DNA from: Antedon mediterranea
Taxonomy: Eukaryota > Animalia > Echinodermata
DNA: 64,000 bases
Assembly: GCF_964355755.1 (NCBI RefSeq)
Contig: NC_092677.1
Span: forward strand, 6,284,101-6,348,100
Reading direction: 5' to 3'
Shown here piece after piece: positions 26,056 to 40,519 of the stretch. The notes beneath the pieces were generated by a model. The model was given only the letters and a program-made list of their open reading frames with translations, did not search any database and was not told where the DNA came from. The translations under genes were made by a program, and so were the position numbers. Numbering within the stretch: the first letter of the stretch is position 1; the number at the start of each line of letters is the position of its first letter.

Positions 26056-27121
26056 GATTTATCATCTTTAAGCATTATTATTATTTATTGAGGCAATTAA
26101 TATACATTTTACAAAACATAATACAAATTAAACAAACACAACGTAAGAAGAAAATAATATATAATTATAGTCACTAGCTGCTAGGAAGGCACAAACAGCA
26201 TAAGCTACTGTCACCAATAATTAATGATAAATTACTAAAAGTTAAAATATTAAAAGAATTATATTAAGACTATAGTTTATGTAAGTGTAAACTTAATAAA
26301 ATTGTACATTTAATATACAGTACATACAATTTTTATTATAATATAGGCCTAATAACCAATTATTATGAAGAAACAACTTTAATTATTACACACAGGACGT
26401 AATTTTTTTACGTCGTTTGCGTGGCATAACAAATTCGGTGATTTTTTAGGCCATAAATAAAGACAAGTAAGATTTTTTATAGTTTTATCGCTTTATTATC
26501 GATATCCCTAATACTACAGTCTCTTTAAAAACAAAACATTATTAAACGTTATTGATGAATGTATTATTAGGCCTATCTTTATAATATGCATAAGTTGACA
26601 ATATAAAATGGCCCGAATCGTCTCTGGCCCGAATCGTCTCTGGCCCGAATCATCCCGGGTCGTACTGTCACTCTAGGCCAAATCGTCCGCTACCGTACCA
26701 ATTGACATCTTTGGCATAAGAAGTGAACATGTTGTTGATATCAAACTATAATATAACTGAACTCAAATTATTAAATAGAAACCCACAATGTGAACATGTC
26801 ACAATAATTTAATTTCACTATAATCATATTTTTACATTTCACCATAATAATGTTTTCACATAGGCCTACAGATTGCAGTACAGTAACAGCAATTATTTGT
26901 AAGTGTATTATACTTATAGCAAATCGATTGTTGATTTTTGGTTTAAATTAGATTAATAATCTTTATTATTTCTAGTTTAATATTGAATGTCTACTTAAAT
27001 ACCTATCCTTTTGTTAAGGTACTTATATGTGCCATTCCTCTGAGGAGTCAGTTAAAGAATGTTGGTGACTATATACTTCGTTTATGTCCATCTCACATGC
27101 ACCCTTAGGCTAGGCTAGGCT

Positions 27122-28015
27122 TTATGTAGATCCAGTTGATTGTAATCTAAGGGCGTACATTTTGTTGTAATATGGAAGAGCAGTGTCTATACATGTGTTA
27201 ATATCATCGTCGAGTTCCGATCGGTTTGGCTCTGGTTTGGAAGTGTGGAACTTTGAACTGGCAAATGCCTCTTTGAAAAAGTCTGCCTTTTTGTTTCCTT
27301 TCACTATAATTGTCGATGACTTCCAGGCCTGGGCTACTTCATCGCCCGGTTGCCAATTTAAGAGTTTATCGCTATACTTAATTCCAATACGCTCACAGAA
27401 CTGCTTCATAGTTGACTTTGGGTTTGCAAGCAGATCGTCGGAATCTATGATTACTGGGTTTTGTTCAATGTTGCTTTTAACTAAATGCTCGTAAAGTTGA
27501 AAACTTTCTCCAAATCCGTAATGTTCTGGAATCCATTCGGTAATATCAAGTTCGCATTCTCTGTCTCTTTCTTTTAAAAATCTGCTTAGCATGGCTTTCC
27601 ACGAGACAAACGTCTTGACGGGGTTTCGAATTAGGAACGCATGACGGTAACCCATAGGTAACATATCAAGTTTACCTGTAATAGCAAATGCCATGTCTTT
27701 AACGAAAATCACCTTCTTTTCGGTGTATTCTGCTTCCATTACATCTTCTTTAATAAATGTATATGTTGCCGTTTCATACTTCCAGCCTGCTTGGTAATCC
27801 ATCTGAACTGCATCTATTGTTTTAATAAACTTATCACTGTCTCTCTCTACTTGGTCGTTGAAATGTATTTGCTTATCTGGTCCATAAAAATATACACTGG
27901 TGTAAGGCTCATTGATGATTTGAACATCATCTAGATTACTCATAGACTTTGTGAATGCAGTAGAAACTGTACGAGGGATACTCCAAAGAATTACACGAAC
28001 CTGGTTGTCAGACAT
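27122..28015 (-). CDS. Sulfotransferase-like protein, copy 2
   Basis: Intact 297-aa ORF; 8 aa differences from copy 1. Confidence 0.85.
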   Translation of the reverse strand: MSDNQVRVILWSIPRTVSTAFTKSMSNLDDVQIINEPYTSVYFYGPDKQIHFNDQVERDSDKFIKTIDAVQMDYQAGWKYETATYTFIKEDVMEAEYTEKKVIFVKDMAFAITGKLDMLPMGYRHAFLIRNPVKTFVSWKAMLSRFLKERDRECELDITEWIPEHYGFGESFQLYEHLVKSNIEQNPVIIDSDDLLANPKSTMKQFCERIGIKYSDKLLNWQPGDEVAQAWKSSTIIVKGNKKADFFKEAFASSKFHTSKPEPNRSELDDDINTCIDTALPYYNKMYALRLQSTGST

Positions 28016-28319
28016 TGTTTCAATTGTGAAACGTGTTAGTTGAAAAGAAGAAGAAGTAATTTATCCTCAGACGTTCTGCAACCTGTTTTGTATTCCCTAT
28101 AAAGATAATAAAATTAGTATAGGCTTCTAGGATTAGGAAAATATACATCGTTGTATCAACATATATGACGTACCGGTAACGCATGCGCGTAGTTTCGGAA
28201 AGTAAAGAACCGCTCGTTCTACTGTACCAATGAAGCATACACGTAAAAGTTGATGGTAATTTAAAGAGTTTGCAGCTCCGAATGTGTCAACTAAACAAAT
28301 CTAGGCTAGGAATAATTAT

Positions 28320-29741
28320 GAGACCTTACCTTGATTGATAACTAGTTAAATACACCAATGTGGCAAATACAATAATGGCTTTTAAGTTTTGCTTGTAGTT
28401 ATATCCACTAGGCCTCAGTTATCAGAGCTTACCTTGATTGGTTACTAGTTAATTACACCAATGTTGCAGATACAATAATGGCTTTTAAGTTTTGCTTGTA
28501 GTTATATTTCGTAGGACCAAGTTATCAAAGCTTAACTTGATTAGTTACTAGGTAAAATACACCAATGTTGCAGATACTATAATAGCTTTTAAGTTTTGTT
28601 TGTAGTTATATTCCGTAGGCCCCAGTTATCAGAGCTTACCACCTTGATTGGTTACTATAGTTAATTACACGAATGTTGCAGATACAATAATGGCTTTTAA
28701 GTTTTGTTTGTAGTTATATCCACTAGGCCCCAGTTATCAGAGCTTACCTTGATTGGTTACTATAAATACACCAATGTGGCAAATACAATAATGGCTTTTA
28801 AGTTTTGCTTGTGGTTATATCCACTAGGCCTCAGTTATGAGAGCTTACCTTGATTGGTTACTAGTTAAATACACCAATGTGGCAAATACAATAATGGCTT
28901 TTAAGTTTTGTTTGTAGTTATATTCCGTAGGCCCCAGTTATCAGAGCTTACCTTGATTGGTTACTAGTTAATTACACCAATGTTGCAGATACAATAATGG
29001 CTTTTAAGTTTTGTTTGTAGTTATATCCTTTAGGCCCCAGTTATCAGAGCTTACCTTGATTAGTTACTAGGTAAATACACCAACGTTGCAGATACAATAA
29101 TGGCTTTTAAGTTTTGTTTGTAGTTATATCCACTAGGCCCCAGTTATCAGAGCTTACCTTGATTGGTTACTAGTTAATTACACCAAATGTTGCAGATACA
29201 ATAATGGATTTTAAGTTTTGTTTGTAGTTATATCCACTAGGCCCCAGTTATCAGAGCTTACCTTGATTGGTTACTAGTTAATTACACCAATGTTGCAGAT
29301 ACAATAATGGCTTTTAAGTTTTGTTTGTAGTTATATCCACTAGGCCCCAGTTATCAGAGCTTACCTTGATTTGTTACTAGGTAAATACACCAACGTTGCA
29401 GATACAATAATGGCTTTTAAGTTTTGTTTGTAGTTATATCCACTAGGCCCCAGTTATCAGAGCTTACCTTGATTAGTTACTAGGTAAATACACCAATGTT
29501 GCAGATACAATAATGGCTTTTAAGTTTTGTTTGTAGTTATATCCACTAGGCCCCAGTTATCAGAGCCTACCTTGATTGGTTACTAGTTAATTACACCAAT
29601 GTTGCAGATACAATAATGGATTTTAAGTTTTGTTTGTAGTTATATCCACTAGGCCCCAGTTATCAGAGCTTACCTTGATTGGTTACTAGTTAAATGTGGC
29701 AAATACTATAATGGCTTTTAAGTTTCCAGAGCTTACCTCGT
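28320..29741. repeat. 103-bp minisatellite, ~14 units (unit 2)
   Basis: Same repeat; 14 anchors plus the terminal one. Confidence 0.95.
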
Positions 29742-32668
29742 GGAAGAACAAATTTTGTTTTGAACGAGCCTCCGTTTTAAAATAAAGATTCTATTATTAT
29801 TATTGTATGTATGTGGCAGATACTATAATGGCTTATGTTGTGCTTGTATGTTAGTTATATCCCGTCATTGACAGCCCTTTAGATACAATAAGTGTTATCT
29901 TTGCCTTTATTGAATAAAATATCTCAACCACGAGAGTCGTGTCGTAGAAAATAAACACAAATGGTACACATCAGATTACTGTTGTAACTGTGATTACATT
30001 CAACTTTGGCTTTTGTGTATTTTGTTGTAGTCCAGAGATATTATGGTTCACTATGTAATTTTATGAAAATGAAATGAAAAATGTATTAATGAATTGATGA
30101 AAAAACACCAGACATTATAGATTAAAGTTAAATAGTCTACACTATCAAACGTTATGTGATGTGCCCATATATGGACACGATGATGTCATATCACTATTAT
30201 ATTTGAGCATATCACTGCCATATTTGGGCACATCACACACAAACTAGTTTGATAAGCCTATACAACAAAATGTTTCTAATCTTCAAATCAAATAAAAATT
30301 GTTTATTTGAAACAATAAAAAATCAATAAAAGAAAGGGGCAATATTTAGAGATGTAAAGGAAACACGTTAGCAAGTCAAGATAGATAGATTGTGTCCCTC
30401 AATGTTAAAGTTTATGATAACGTTAGTAGCATACCGTAATAAAAAAAAATAAATAAAAGGCATCCACTCCATAGTAATTATCAATGGTCAAGATCTGAAA
30501 GGCATTTGAGTACTGCTCTAGGTAGAACAAAACGCTTCCTTTTATATCCTTATATTACTAACCTTCAACTAATTTTTAGCAATTGTATGTCAACATGAAT
30601 TTTCTTTACTACAAATTAAATAAACTATTCACTATGAAGATTACGAGAAAAACAAAGTGAAATATTTTTATTGTCAACAATTATCTTACTTACAGAGTAT
30701 AAAAAAAAAGACTTAACAATGTACATCCTTTATCGTTCAAACCATTTACAAAAAATCATCATATAACCTTATTATCATATAACGTAAAGCTGTCCTGATA
30801 TAAAACATAATTTTCATAGTTAAAATTATATTGGGGTATTGCCAATCTGTAAAATTCTACCTATTACTTACTTTTTGGTGCTTGCTATCGTATTGCCTCG
30901 TTCAAAAGAATAATAATTTTAAAAAAATGGATATTTAATTGTTGTAATTGTGCGGGTTATATAAAATAATATATTCAACGGAGGACATGTTTATTTCATT
31001 ACCATCTGTTTCGTTTGCTTGGTCTGTTTTCTCATCTGCACAAATTTTAAAAGGAAAATTTTTTGGTTCTTACTCAGAATTATAATTCGATTAAAAACAA
31101 ACACCCAAACCACCACCACAAAAAAAAAAAAAAAAAAATTATATCGATTTAAACAAAAATATTTAGATAGATTGGCGCGCCTCCCGTTTACGAGAGTCAA
31201 TTTCCAATGTATGTTTAATCAATATAATTATTATACTATTATTTTTTTTTAACAAGAAGTAATTTTTAATTATCTCGAAAGGCTACAATGCGACATATTT
31301 TTGTATTAATACTGATATCCATAGAATGATGATGTGATAAATTGCCAATACATTCAGATTACGTTTGTACAACTAACTATTAGTTGTGTTAACGTAATCT
31401 TAACTATCTATTTAAAATTTAACCACTATATTTATTTTGTCCACGCATAATTATAATCGATTAAGCGCCCCATTCAAAATTGACCCGCATACACAATTAC
31501 ACACATAGGCCTACATTTACGTTATTATGCCTACAACAGCAACTTGTACTGTATATCTGTACTGCATAAGATTAAGTTGATAATAAAACTGTATTATTAC
31601 CAATATCTTAATTCAATCTTTGATTTTGGTTTGTTCGTTCCAAAAAGAGAACTTAAATTTAATATATATATTTATGAAGGTATATCTTTGATTTTGTTTT
31701 GTTCGTTCCAAAAAGAGAACTTAAATTTAATATATATAATTATGAAGGTATATCTTTAATTTTGTTTCGTTCGTTCCAAAAAGAGAACTTAAATTTAATA
31801 TATATAATTATGAAGGTACTATATATCTTTGATTTTGTTTCGTCCGTTCTAATAGGAGAATTTAAATTTAATTTTTAGTAGACGTTTTAGTAGATGTAAA
31901 GAAAAGGTTAAACGTAATTTGTTCAGGTCGTTTGGTACTAATCTGTACTGTTGTATGTTATGGTCTGACCACACTGTTCAGAATATTAAATCTTTGGAGG
32001 TGTGCTACAACAACTCATTGAGAATGTTGCTAGGCTAATTATCTAAGCACTGTAGTGCTAGTAATTATGTTTGCCACGAGGAGAATCCCCTCTTTCTACG
32101 AGCATGTACGCAATGTGTGTCTATGGTTTTAGATTAAGAATTGTGAATAGTGAAAACGATCTGGTTAGGTGTACCACGAACTATTTTTTCCGATATTCAA
32201 ATCTCTACACCAAGTAAGGAAAACTCCTATTTTAGTTTGATTTTCCGGTTTTCTATTATTTGTTTTTGTATATATAGTATGTATGGAATATTTATTCTGA
32301 ATAAAGTAATCAAATCAAATCAAATCCATATAATTATAAATGTAGACTTAAACTCAACCGGTAGTATGTTGTATATAATATGAACAATAAGAATGTTTCA
32401 CTACACTCTAAACCACATTTAGAGTGTAGCACATATTAAAAATACACTGTTTGAAACATTGTGGTCTTCAATTGGTCAATCTAATGTTTCATTTAGAAGG
32501 TGCTAGAATATTGGAACAGTCTACTATAGTTTATAGCAAAATTAGCCTCAAAGAAACGTTACCTAGAACAAACATGATTATTTTTTATATTGAAACACGC
32601 TTAAGATGAATAACATTATACCAACGTTTAATATTGGTCTAATACGTCTCTGCTCTACATAAACAAAG

Positions 32669-33126
32669 ATAGCGAAAAATGGTAAAGATCGGATGGTTGC
32701 TTTGGTGCAGTCCACGTAATACATGGATCCCAGCAAAATATGGATTAGTAGAACGTTTAGAATACCACCGTTTCATTTCATTTGGTATTGAACAAGGCCA
32801 TATACATGGCTGCAGTCGCGTGCTCAAGTTAGTGTTTACCGACCAACCAACCGACCGACCGACATAGTGAGCTCTAGAGTTACGTTGCACGCGACTAAAA
32901 AGACCCGAAAATTTTAGATGCTGATGATCTTCTTGCAAATCATAAATCAATTCTGAAACATTTGTGAACGCACGCGAATAGGATACACCGATGAGGTTGT
33001 ACAGACGTGGAGTCATCTAAGATGCTCATGAAAGAATATAAAGCGTGTGTACATTACTTTACTCTTCCCTGATATTACAAACTGAATTCTTAAGTACTGT
33101 TTTCTTCACTGTAAAACCCGAACCCA
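32669..33126 (+). pseudogene. Degraded copy of sulfotransferase-like gene 5 (unit 2)
   Basis: Near-identical to 25597-26055. Confidence 0.85.
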
Positions 33127-34198
33127 GATTTATCATCTTTAAGCATTATTATTATTTATTGAGGCAATTAATATACATTTTACAAAACATAATACAAATT
33201 AAACAAACACAACGTAAGAAGAAAATAATATATAATTATAGTCACTAGCTGCTAGGAAGGCACAAAGCAGCATAAGCTACTGTCACCAATAATTAATGAT
33301 AAATTACTAAAAGTTAAAATATTAAAAGAATTATATTAAGACTATAGTTTATGTAAGTGTAAACTTAATAAAATTGTACATTTAATATACAGTACATACA
33401 ATTTTTATTATAATATAGGCCTAATAACCAATTATTATGAAGAAACAACTTTAATTATTACACACAGGACGTAATTTGTTTACGTCGTTTGCGTGGCATA
33501 ACAAATTCGGTGATTTTTAGGCCATAAATAAAGACAAGTAAGATTTGTTATAGTTTTATCGCTTTATTATCGATATCCCTAATACTACAGTCTCTTTAAA
33601 AACAAAATATTATTAAACGTTATTGATGAATGTATTATTAGGCCTATCTTTATAATATGCATAAGTTGACAATATAAAATGGGCCGAATCGTCTCTGGCC
33701 CGAATCGTCTCTGGCCCGAATCATCCCGGGTCGTACTGTCACTCTAGGCCAAATCGTCCGCTACCGTACCAATTGACATCTTTGGCATAAGAAGTGAACA
33801 TGTTGTTTATATCAAACTATAATACAACTGAACTCAAATTATTAAATAGAAACCCACAATGTGAACATGTCACAATAATTTAATTTCACTATAGGCCTAA
33901 TCATATTTTTACATTTCACCATAATAATGTTTTCACATAGGCCTACAGATTGCAGTACAGTAACAGCAATTATTTGTAAGTGTATTATACTTATAGCAAA
34001 TCGATTGTTGATTTTTGGTTTAAATTAGATTAATAATCTTTATTATTTCTAGTTTAATATTGAATGTCTACTTAAATACCTATCCTTTTGTTAAGGTACT
34101 TATATGTGCCATTCCTCTAAGGAGTCAGTTAAAGAATGTTGGTGACTATATACTTCGTTTATGTCCATCTCACATGCACCCTTAGGCTAGGCTAGGCT

Positions 34199-35092
34199 TT
34201 ATGTAGATCCAGTTGATTGTAATCTAAGGGCGTACATTTTGTTGTAATATGGAAGAGCAGTGTCTATACATGTGTTAATATCATCGTCGAGTTCCGATCG
34301 GTTTGGCTCTGGTTTGGAAGTGTGGAAGTTTGAACTGGCAAATGCTTCTTTGAAAAAGTCTGCCTTTTTGTTTCCTTTCACTATAATTGTCGATGACTTC
34401 CAGGCCTGGGCTACTTCATCGCCCGGTTGCCAATTTAAGAGTTTATCGCTATACTTAATTCCAATACGCTCACAGAACTGCTTCATAGTTGACTTTGGGT
34501 TTGCAAGCAGATCGTCGGAATCTATGATTACTGGGTTTTGTTCAATGTTGCTTTTAACTAAATGCTCGTAAAGTTGAAAACTTTCTCCAAATCCGTAATG
34601 TTCTGGAATCCATTCGGTAATATCAAGTTCGCATTCTCTGTCTCTTTCTTTTAAAAATCTGCTTAGCATGGCTTTCCACGAGACAAACGTCTTGACGGGG
34701 TTTCGAATTAGGAACGCATGACGGTAACCCATAGGTAACATATCAAGTTTACCTGTAATAGCAAATGCCATGTCTTTAACGAAAATCACCTTCTTTTCGG
34801 TGTATTCTGCCTCCATTACATCTTCTTTAATAAATGTATATGTTGCCGTTTCATACTTCCAGCTTGCTTGGTAATCCATCTGAACTGCATCTATTGTTTT
34901 AATAAACTTATCACTGTCTCTCTCTACTTGGTCGTTGAAATGTATTTGCTTATCTGGTCCATAAAAATATACACTGGTGTAAGGCTCATTGATGATTTGA
35001 ACATCATCTAGATTACTCATAGACTTTGTGAATGCAGTAGAAACTGTACGAGGGATACTCCAAAGAATTACACGAACCTGGTTGTCAGACAT
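34199..35092 (-). CDS. Sulfotransferase-like protein, copy 3
   Basis: Intact 297-aa ORF; 2 aa differences from copy 2. Confidence 0.85.
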   Translation of the reverse strand: MSDNQVRVILWSIPRTVSTAFTKSMSNLDDVQIINEPYTSVYFYGPDKQIHFNDQVERDSDKFIKTIDAVQMDYQASWKYETATYTFIKEDVMEAEYTEKKVIFVKDMAFAITGKLDMLPMGYRHAFLIRNPVKTFVSWKAMLSRFLKERDRECELDITEWIPEHYGFGESFQLYEHLVKSNIEQNPVIIDSDDLLANPKSTMKQFCERIGIKYSDKLLNWQPGDEVAQAWKSSTIIVKGNKKADFFKEAFASSNFHTSKPEPNRSELDDDINTCIDTALPYYNKMYALRLQSTGST

Positions 35093-35397
35093 TGTTTCAA
35101 TTGTGAAACGTGTTAGTTGAAAAGAAGAAGAAGTAATTTATCCTCAGACGTTCTGCAACCTGTTTTGTATTCCCTATAAAGATAATAAAATTAGTATAGG
35201 CTTCTAGGATTAGGAAAATATACATCGTTGTATCAACATATATGACGTACCGGTAACGCATGCGCGTAGTTTCGGAAAGTAAAGAACCGCTCGTTCTACT
35301 GTACCAATGAAGCATACACGTAAAAGTTGATGGTAATTTAAAGAGTTTGCAGCTCCGAAAGTGTCAACTAAACAAATCTAGGCTAGGAATAATTATA

Positions 35398-36092
35398 AGA
35401 CCTTACCTTGATTGATAACTAGTTAAATACACCAATGTGGCAAATACAATAATGGCTTTTAAGTTTTGCTTGTAGTTATATCCACTAGGCCTCAGTTATC
35501 AGAGCTTACCTTGATTGGTTACTAGTTAATTACACAAATATTGCAGATACTATAATAGCTGTTAAGTTTTGTTTGTAGTTATATTCCGTAGGCCCCAGTT
35601 ATCAGAGCTTACCTTGATTGGTTACTAGTTAATTACACCAATGTTGCAGATACAATAATGGCTTTTAAGTTTTGTTTGTATTTATATCCACTAGGCCCCA
35701 GTTATCAGAGCTTACCTTGATTGGTTACTAGTTAATTACACCAATGTTGCAGATACAATAATGGATTTTAAGTTTTGTTTGTAGTTATATCCACTAGGCC
35801 CCAGTTATCAGAGCTTACCTTGATTAGTTACTAGGTAAATACACCAATGTTGCAGATACAATAATGGCTTTTAAGTTTTGTTTGTAGTTATATCCACTAG
35901 GCCCCAGTTATCAGAGCTTACCTTGATTGGCTACTAGTTAATTACACCAATGTTGCAGATACAATAATGGATTTTAAGTTTTGTTTGTAGTTATATCCAC
36001 TAGGCCCCGGTTATCAGAGCTTACCTTGATTGGTTATTAGTTAAATGTGGCAAATACTATAATGGCTTTTAAGTTTCCAGAGCTTACCTCGT
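35398..36092. repeat. 103-bp minisatellite, ~7 units (unit 3)
   Basis: Same repeat. Confidence 0.95.
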
Positions 36093-39018
36093 GGAAGAAC
36101 AAATTTTGTTTTGAATGAGCCTCCGTTTTAAAATAAAGATTCTATTATTATTATTGTATGTATGTGGCAGATACTATGATTGCTTATGTTGTGCTTGTAT
36201 GTTAGTTATATCCCGTCATTGACAGCCCTTTAGATACAATAAGTGTTATCTTTGCCTTTATTGAATAAAATATCTCAACCACGAGAGTCGTGTCGTAGAA
36301 AATAAACACAAATGGTACACATCAGATTACTGTTGTAACTGTGATTACATTCAACTTTGGCTTTTGTGTATTTTGTTGTAGTCCAGAGATATTATGGTTC
36401 ACTATGTAATTTTATGAAAATGAAATGAAAAATGTATTAATGAATTGATGAAAAAACACCAGACATTATAGATTAAAGTTAAATAGTCTACACTATCAAA
36501 CGTTATGTGATGTGCCCATATATGGACACGATGATGTCATATCACTATTATATTTGAGCATATCACTGCCATATTTGGGCACATCACACACAAACTAGTT
36601 TTATAGGCCTATACAACAAAATGTTTCTAATCTTCAAATCAAATAAAAATTGTTTATTTGAAACAATCAAAAATCAATAAAAGAAAGGGGCAATATTTAG
36701 AGATGTAAAGGAAACACGTTAGCAACTCAAGATAGATAGATTGTGTCCCTCAATGTTAAAGTTTATGATAACGTTAGTAGCATACCGTAATAATAAAAAA
36801 ATAAATAAAAGGCATCCACTCCATAGTAATTATCAATGGTCAAGATCTGAAAGGCATTTGAGAACTGCTCTAGGTAGAACAAAACGCTTCCTTTTATATC
36901 CTTATATTACTAACCTTCAACTAATTTTTAGCAATTGTATGTCAACATGAATTTCCTTTACTACAAATAAAATAAACTATTCACTATGAAGATTACGAGA
37001 AAAACAAAGTGAAATATTTTTATTGTCAACAATAATCTTACTTAAAGAGTAAAAAAAAGAAAGACTTAACTATGTACATCCTTTATCGTTCAAACCATTT
37101 ACAAAAAAATCATCATATAACCTTATTATCATATAACGTAAAGCTGTCCTGATATAAAACATAATTTTCATAGTTAAAATTATATTGGGGTATTGCCAAT
37201 CTGTAAAATTCTACCTATTACTTACTTTTTGGTGCTTGCTATCGTATTGCCTCGTTCAAAAGAATAATAATTTTAAAAAAATGGATATTTAATTGCTGTA
37301 ATTGTGCGGGTTATATAAAATAATATATTCAACGGAGGATATGTTTATTTCATTACCATCTGTTTCGTTTGCTTGGTCTGTTTTCTCATCTGCACAAATT
37401 TTAAAAGGAAAATTGTTTGGTTCTTACTCAGAATTATAATTCGATTAAAAACAAACACCCAAACCACCACCACAAAAATAAAACAAAAAAAAATTATATC
37501 GATTTAAACAAAAATATTTAGATAGATTGGCGCGCCTCCCGTTTACGAAAGTCAATTTCCAATGTATGTTCAATCAATATAATTATTATACTATTATTTT
37601 TTTTAACAAGAAGTAATTTTTAATTATCTCGAAAGGCTACAATGCGACATATTTTTGTATTAATACTGATATCCATAGAATGATGATGTGATAAATTGCC
37701 AATACATTCAGATTACGTTTGTACAACTAACTATTAGTTGTGTTAACGTAATCTTAACTATCTATTTAAAATTTAACCACTATATTTATTTTGTCCACGC
37801 ATAATTATAATCGATTAAGCGCCCCATTCAAAATTGACCCGCATACACAATTACACACATACATTTACGTTATTATGCCTACAACAGCAACTTGTACTGT
37901 ATATCTGTACTGCATAAGATTAAGTTGATAATAAAACTGTATTATTACCAATATCTTAATTCAATCTTTGATTTTGGTTTGTTCGTTCCAAAAAGAGACC
38001 TTAAATTTAATATATATATTTATGAAGGTATATCTTTGATTTTGTTTTGTTCGTTCCAAAAAGAGAACTTAAATTTAATATATATAATTATGAAGGTATA
38101 TCTTTAATTTTGTTTCGTTCGTTCCAAAAAGAGAACTTAAATTTAATATATATAATTATGAAGGTACTATATATCTTTGATTTTGTTTCGTCCGTTCTAA
38201 AAGGAGAATTTAAATTTAATTTTTAGTAGACGTTTTAGTAGATGTAATGAAAAGGTTAAACGTAATTTGTTCAGGTCGTTTGGTACTAATCTGTACTGTT
38301 GTATGTTATGGTCTGACCACACTGTTCAGAATATTAAATCTTTGGAGGTGTGCTACAACAACTCATTGAGAATGTTGCTAGGCTAATTATCTAAGCACTG
38401 TAGTGCTAGTAATTATGTTTGCCACGAGGAGAATCCCCTCTTTCTACGAGCATGTACGCAAGTGTGTCTATGGTTTTAGATTAAGAATTGTGAATAGTGA
38501 AAACGATCTGGTTAGGTGTACCACGAACTATTTTTTCCGATATTCAAATCTCTACACCACCAAGTAAGGAAAACTTCTATTTTAGTTTGATTTTCAGGTT
38601 TTCTATTATTTGTTTTTGTATATATAGTGTTATATATGGAATATTTATTCTGAATAAAGTAATCAAATCAAATCAAATCCATATAATTATAAATGTAGAC
38701 TTAAACTCAACCGGTAGTATGTTGTATATAATATGAACAATAAGAATGTTTCACTACACTCTAAACCACATTTAGAGTGTAGCGCATATTAAAAATACAC
38801 TGTTTGAAACATTGTGGTCTTCAATTGGTCAATTTAATGTTTCATTTAGAAGGTGCTAGAATATTGGAACAGTCTACTATAGTTTATAGCAAAATTAGCC
38901 TCAAAGAAACGTTACCTAGAACAAACATTATTTTTTATATTGAAACACGCTTAAGATGAATAACATTATACCAACGTTTAATATCGGTCTAATACGTCTC
39001 TGCTCTACATTAACAAAG

Positions 39019-39477
39019 ATAGCGAAAAATGGTAAAGATCGGATGGTTGCTTTGGTGCAGTCCACGTAATACATGGATCCCAGCAAAATATGGATTAGTA
39101 AAACGTTTAGAATACCACCGTTTCATTTCATTTGGTATTGAACAAGGCCATATACATGGCTGCAGTCGCGTGCTCAAGTTAGTGTTTACCGACCAACCAA
39201 CCGACCGACCGACATAGTGAGCTCTAGAGTTACGTTGCACGCGACTAAAAAGACCCGAAAATTTTAGATGCTGATGATCTTCTTGCAAATCCTAAATCAA
39301 TTCTGAAACATTTGTGAACGCACGCGAATAGGATACACCGATGAGGTTGTACAGACGTGGAGTCATCTACGATGCTCATGAAGGGATATAAAACGTGTGT
39401 AAATTACTTTACTCTTCCCTGATATTACAAAATTGAATTCTCAAGTACTGTTTTCTTCACTGTAAAACCCGAACCCA
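39019..39477 (+). pseudogene. Degraded copy of sulfotransferase-like gene 5 (unit 3)
   Basis: Near-identical to 25597-26055. Confidence 0.85.
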
Positions 39478-40519
39478 GATTTATCATCCTTAAGCATTAT
39501 TATTATTTATTGAGGCAATTAATATACATTTTACAAAACATAATACAAATTAAACAAACACAACGTAAGAAGAAAATAATATATAATTATAGTCACTAGC
39601 TGCTAGGAAGGCACAAAGCAGCATAAGCTACTGTCACCAATAATAATGATAAATTACTAAAAGTTAAAATAAGAATTATATTAAGACTATAGTTTATGTA
39701 AGTGTAAACTTAATAAAATTGTACATTTGATATACAGTACATACAATTTTTATTATAATATAGGCCTAATAACCAATTATTATGAAGAAACAACTTTAAT
39801 TATTACATACAGGACGTAATTTGTTTACGTCGTTTGCGTGGCATAACAAATTCGGTGATTTTTTAGGCCATAAATAAAGACAAGTAAGATTTGTTATAGT
39901 TTTATCGCTTTATTATCGATATCCCTAATACTACAGTCTCTTTAAAAACAAAACATTATTAAACGTTATTGATGAATGTATTATTAGGCCTATCTTTATA
40001 ATATGCATAAGTTGACAATATAAAATGGGCCGAATCGTCTCTGGCCCGAATCGTCTCTGGCCCGAATCGTCTCTGGCCCGAATCATCCCGGGTCGTACTG
40101 TCACTCTAGGCCAAATCGTCCGCTACCGTACCAATTGACATCTTTGGCATAAGAAGTGAACATGTTGTTGATATCAAACTATAATACAACTGAACTCAAA
40201 TTATTAAATAGAAACCCACAATGTGAACAATAATTTAATTTCACTATAATCATATTTTTACATTTCACCATAATAATGTTTTCACATAGGCCTACAGATT
40301 GCAGTACAGTAACAGCAATTATTTGTAAGTGTATTATACTTATAGCAAATCGATTGTTGATTTTTGTTTTAAATTAGATTAATAATCTTTATTATTTCTA
40401 GTTTAATATTGAATGTCTACTTAAATACCTATCCTTTTGTTAAGGTACTTATATGTGCCATTCCTCTAAGGAGTCACGTTTATGTCCATCCCACATGCAC
40501 CCTTAGGCTAGGCTAGGCT

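Noticed and set aside
21810-28015. Possible positive selection between copies 1 and 2
   Set aside because: A manual count gives about 8 nonsynonymous versus 5 synonymous changes, which is not an excess per site.
23021-29741. Regular ~100-bp periodicity resembling a CRISPR array
   Set aside because: Entire units repeat with no unique spacers, there are no cas genes, and the context is eukaryotic. It is a minisatellite.
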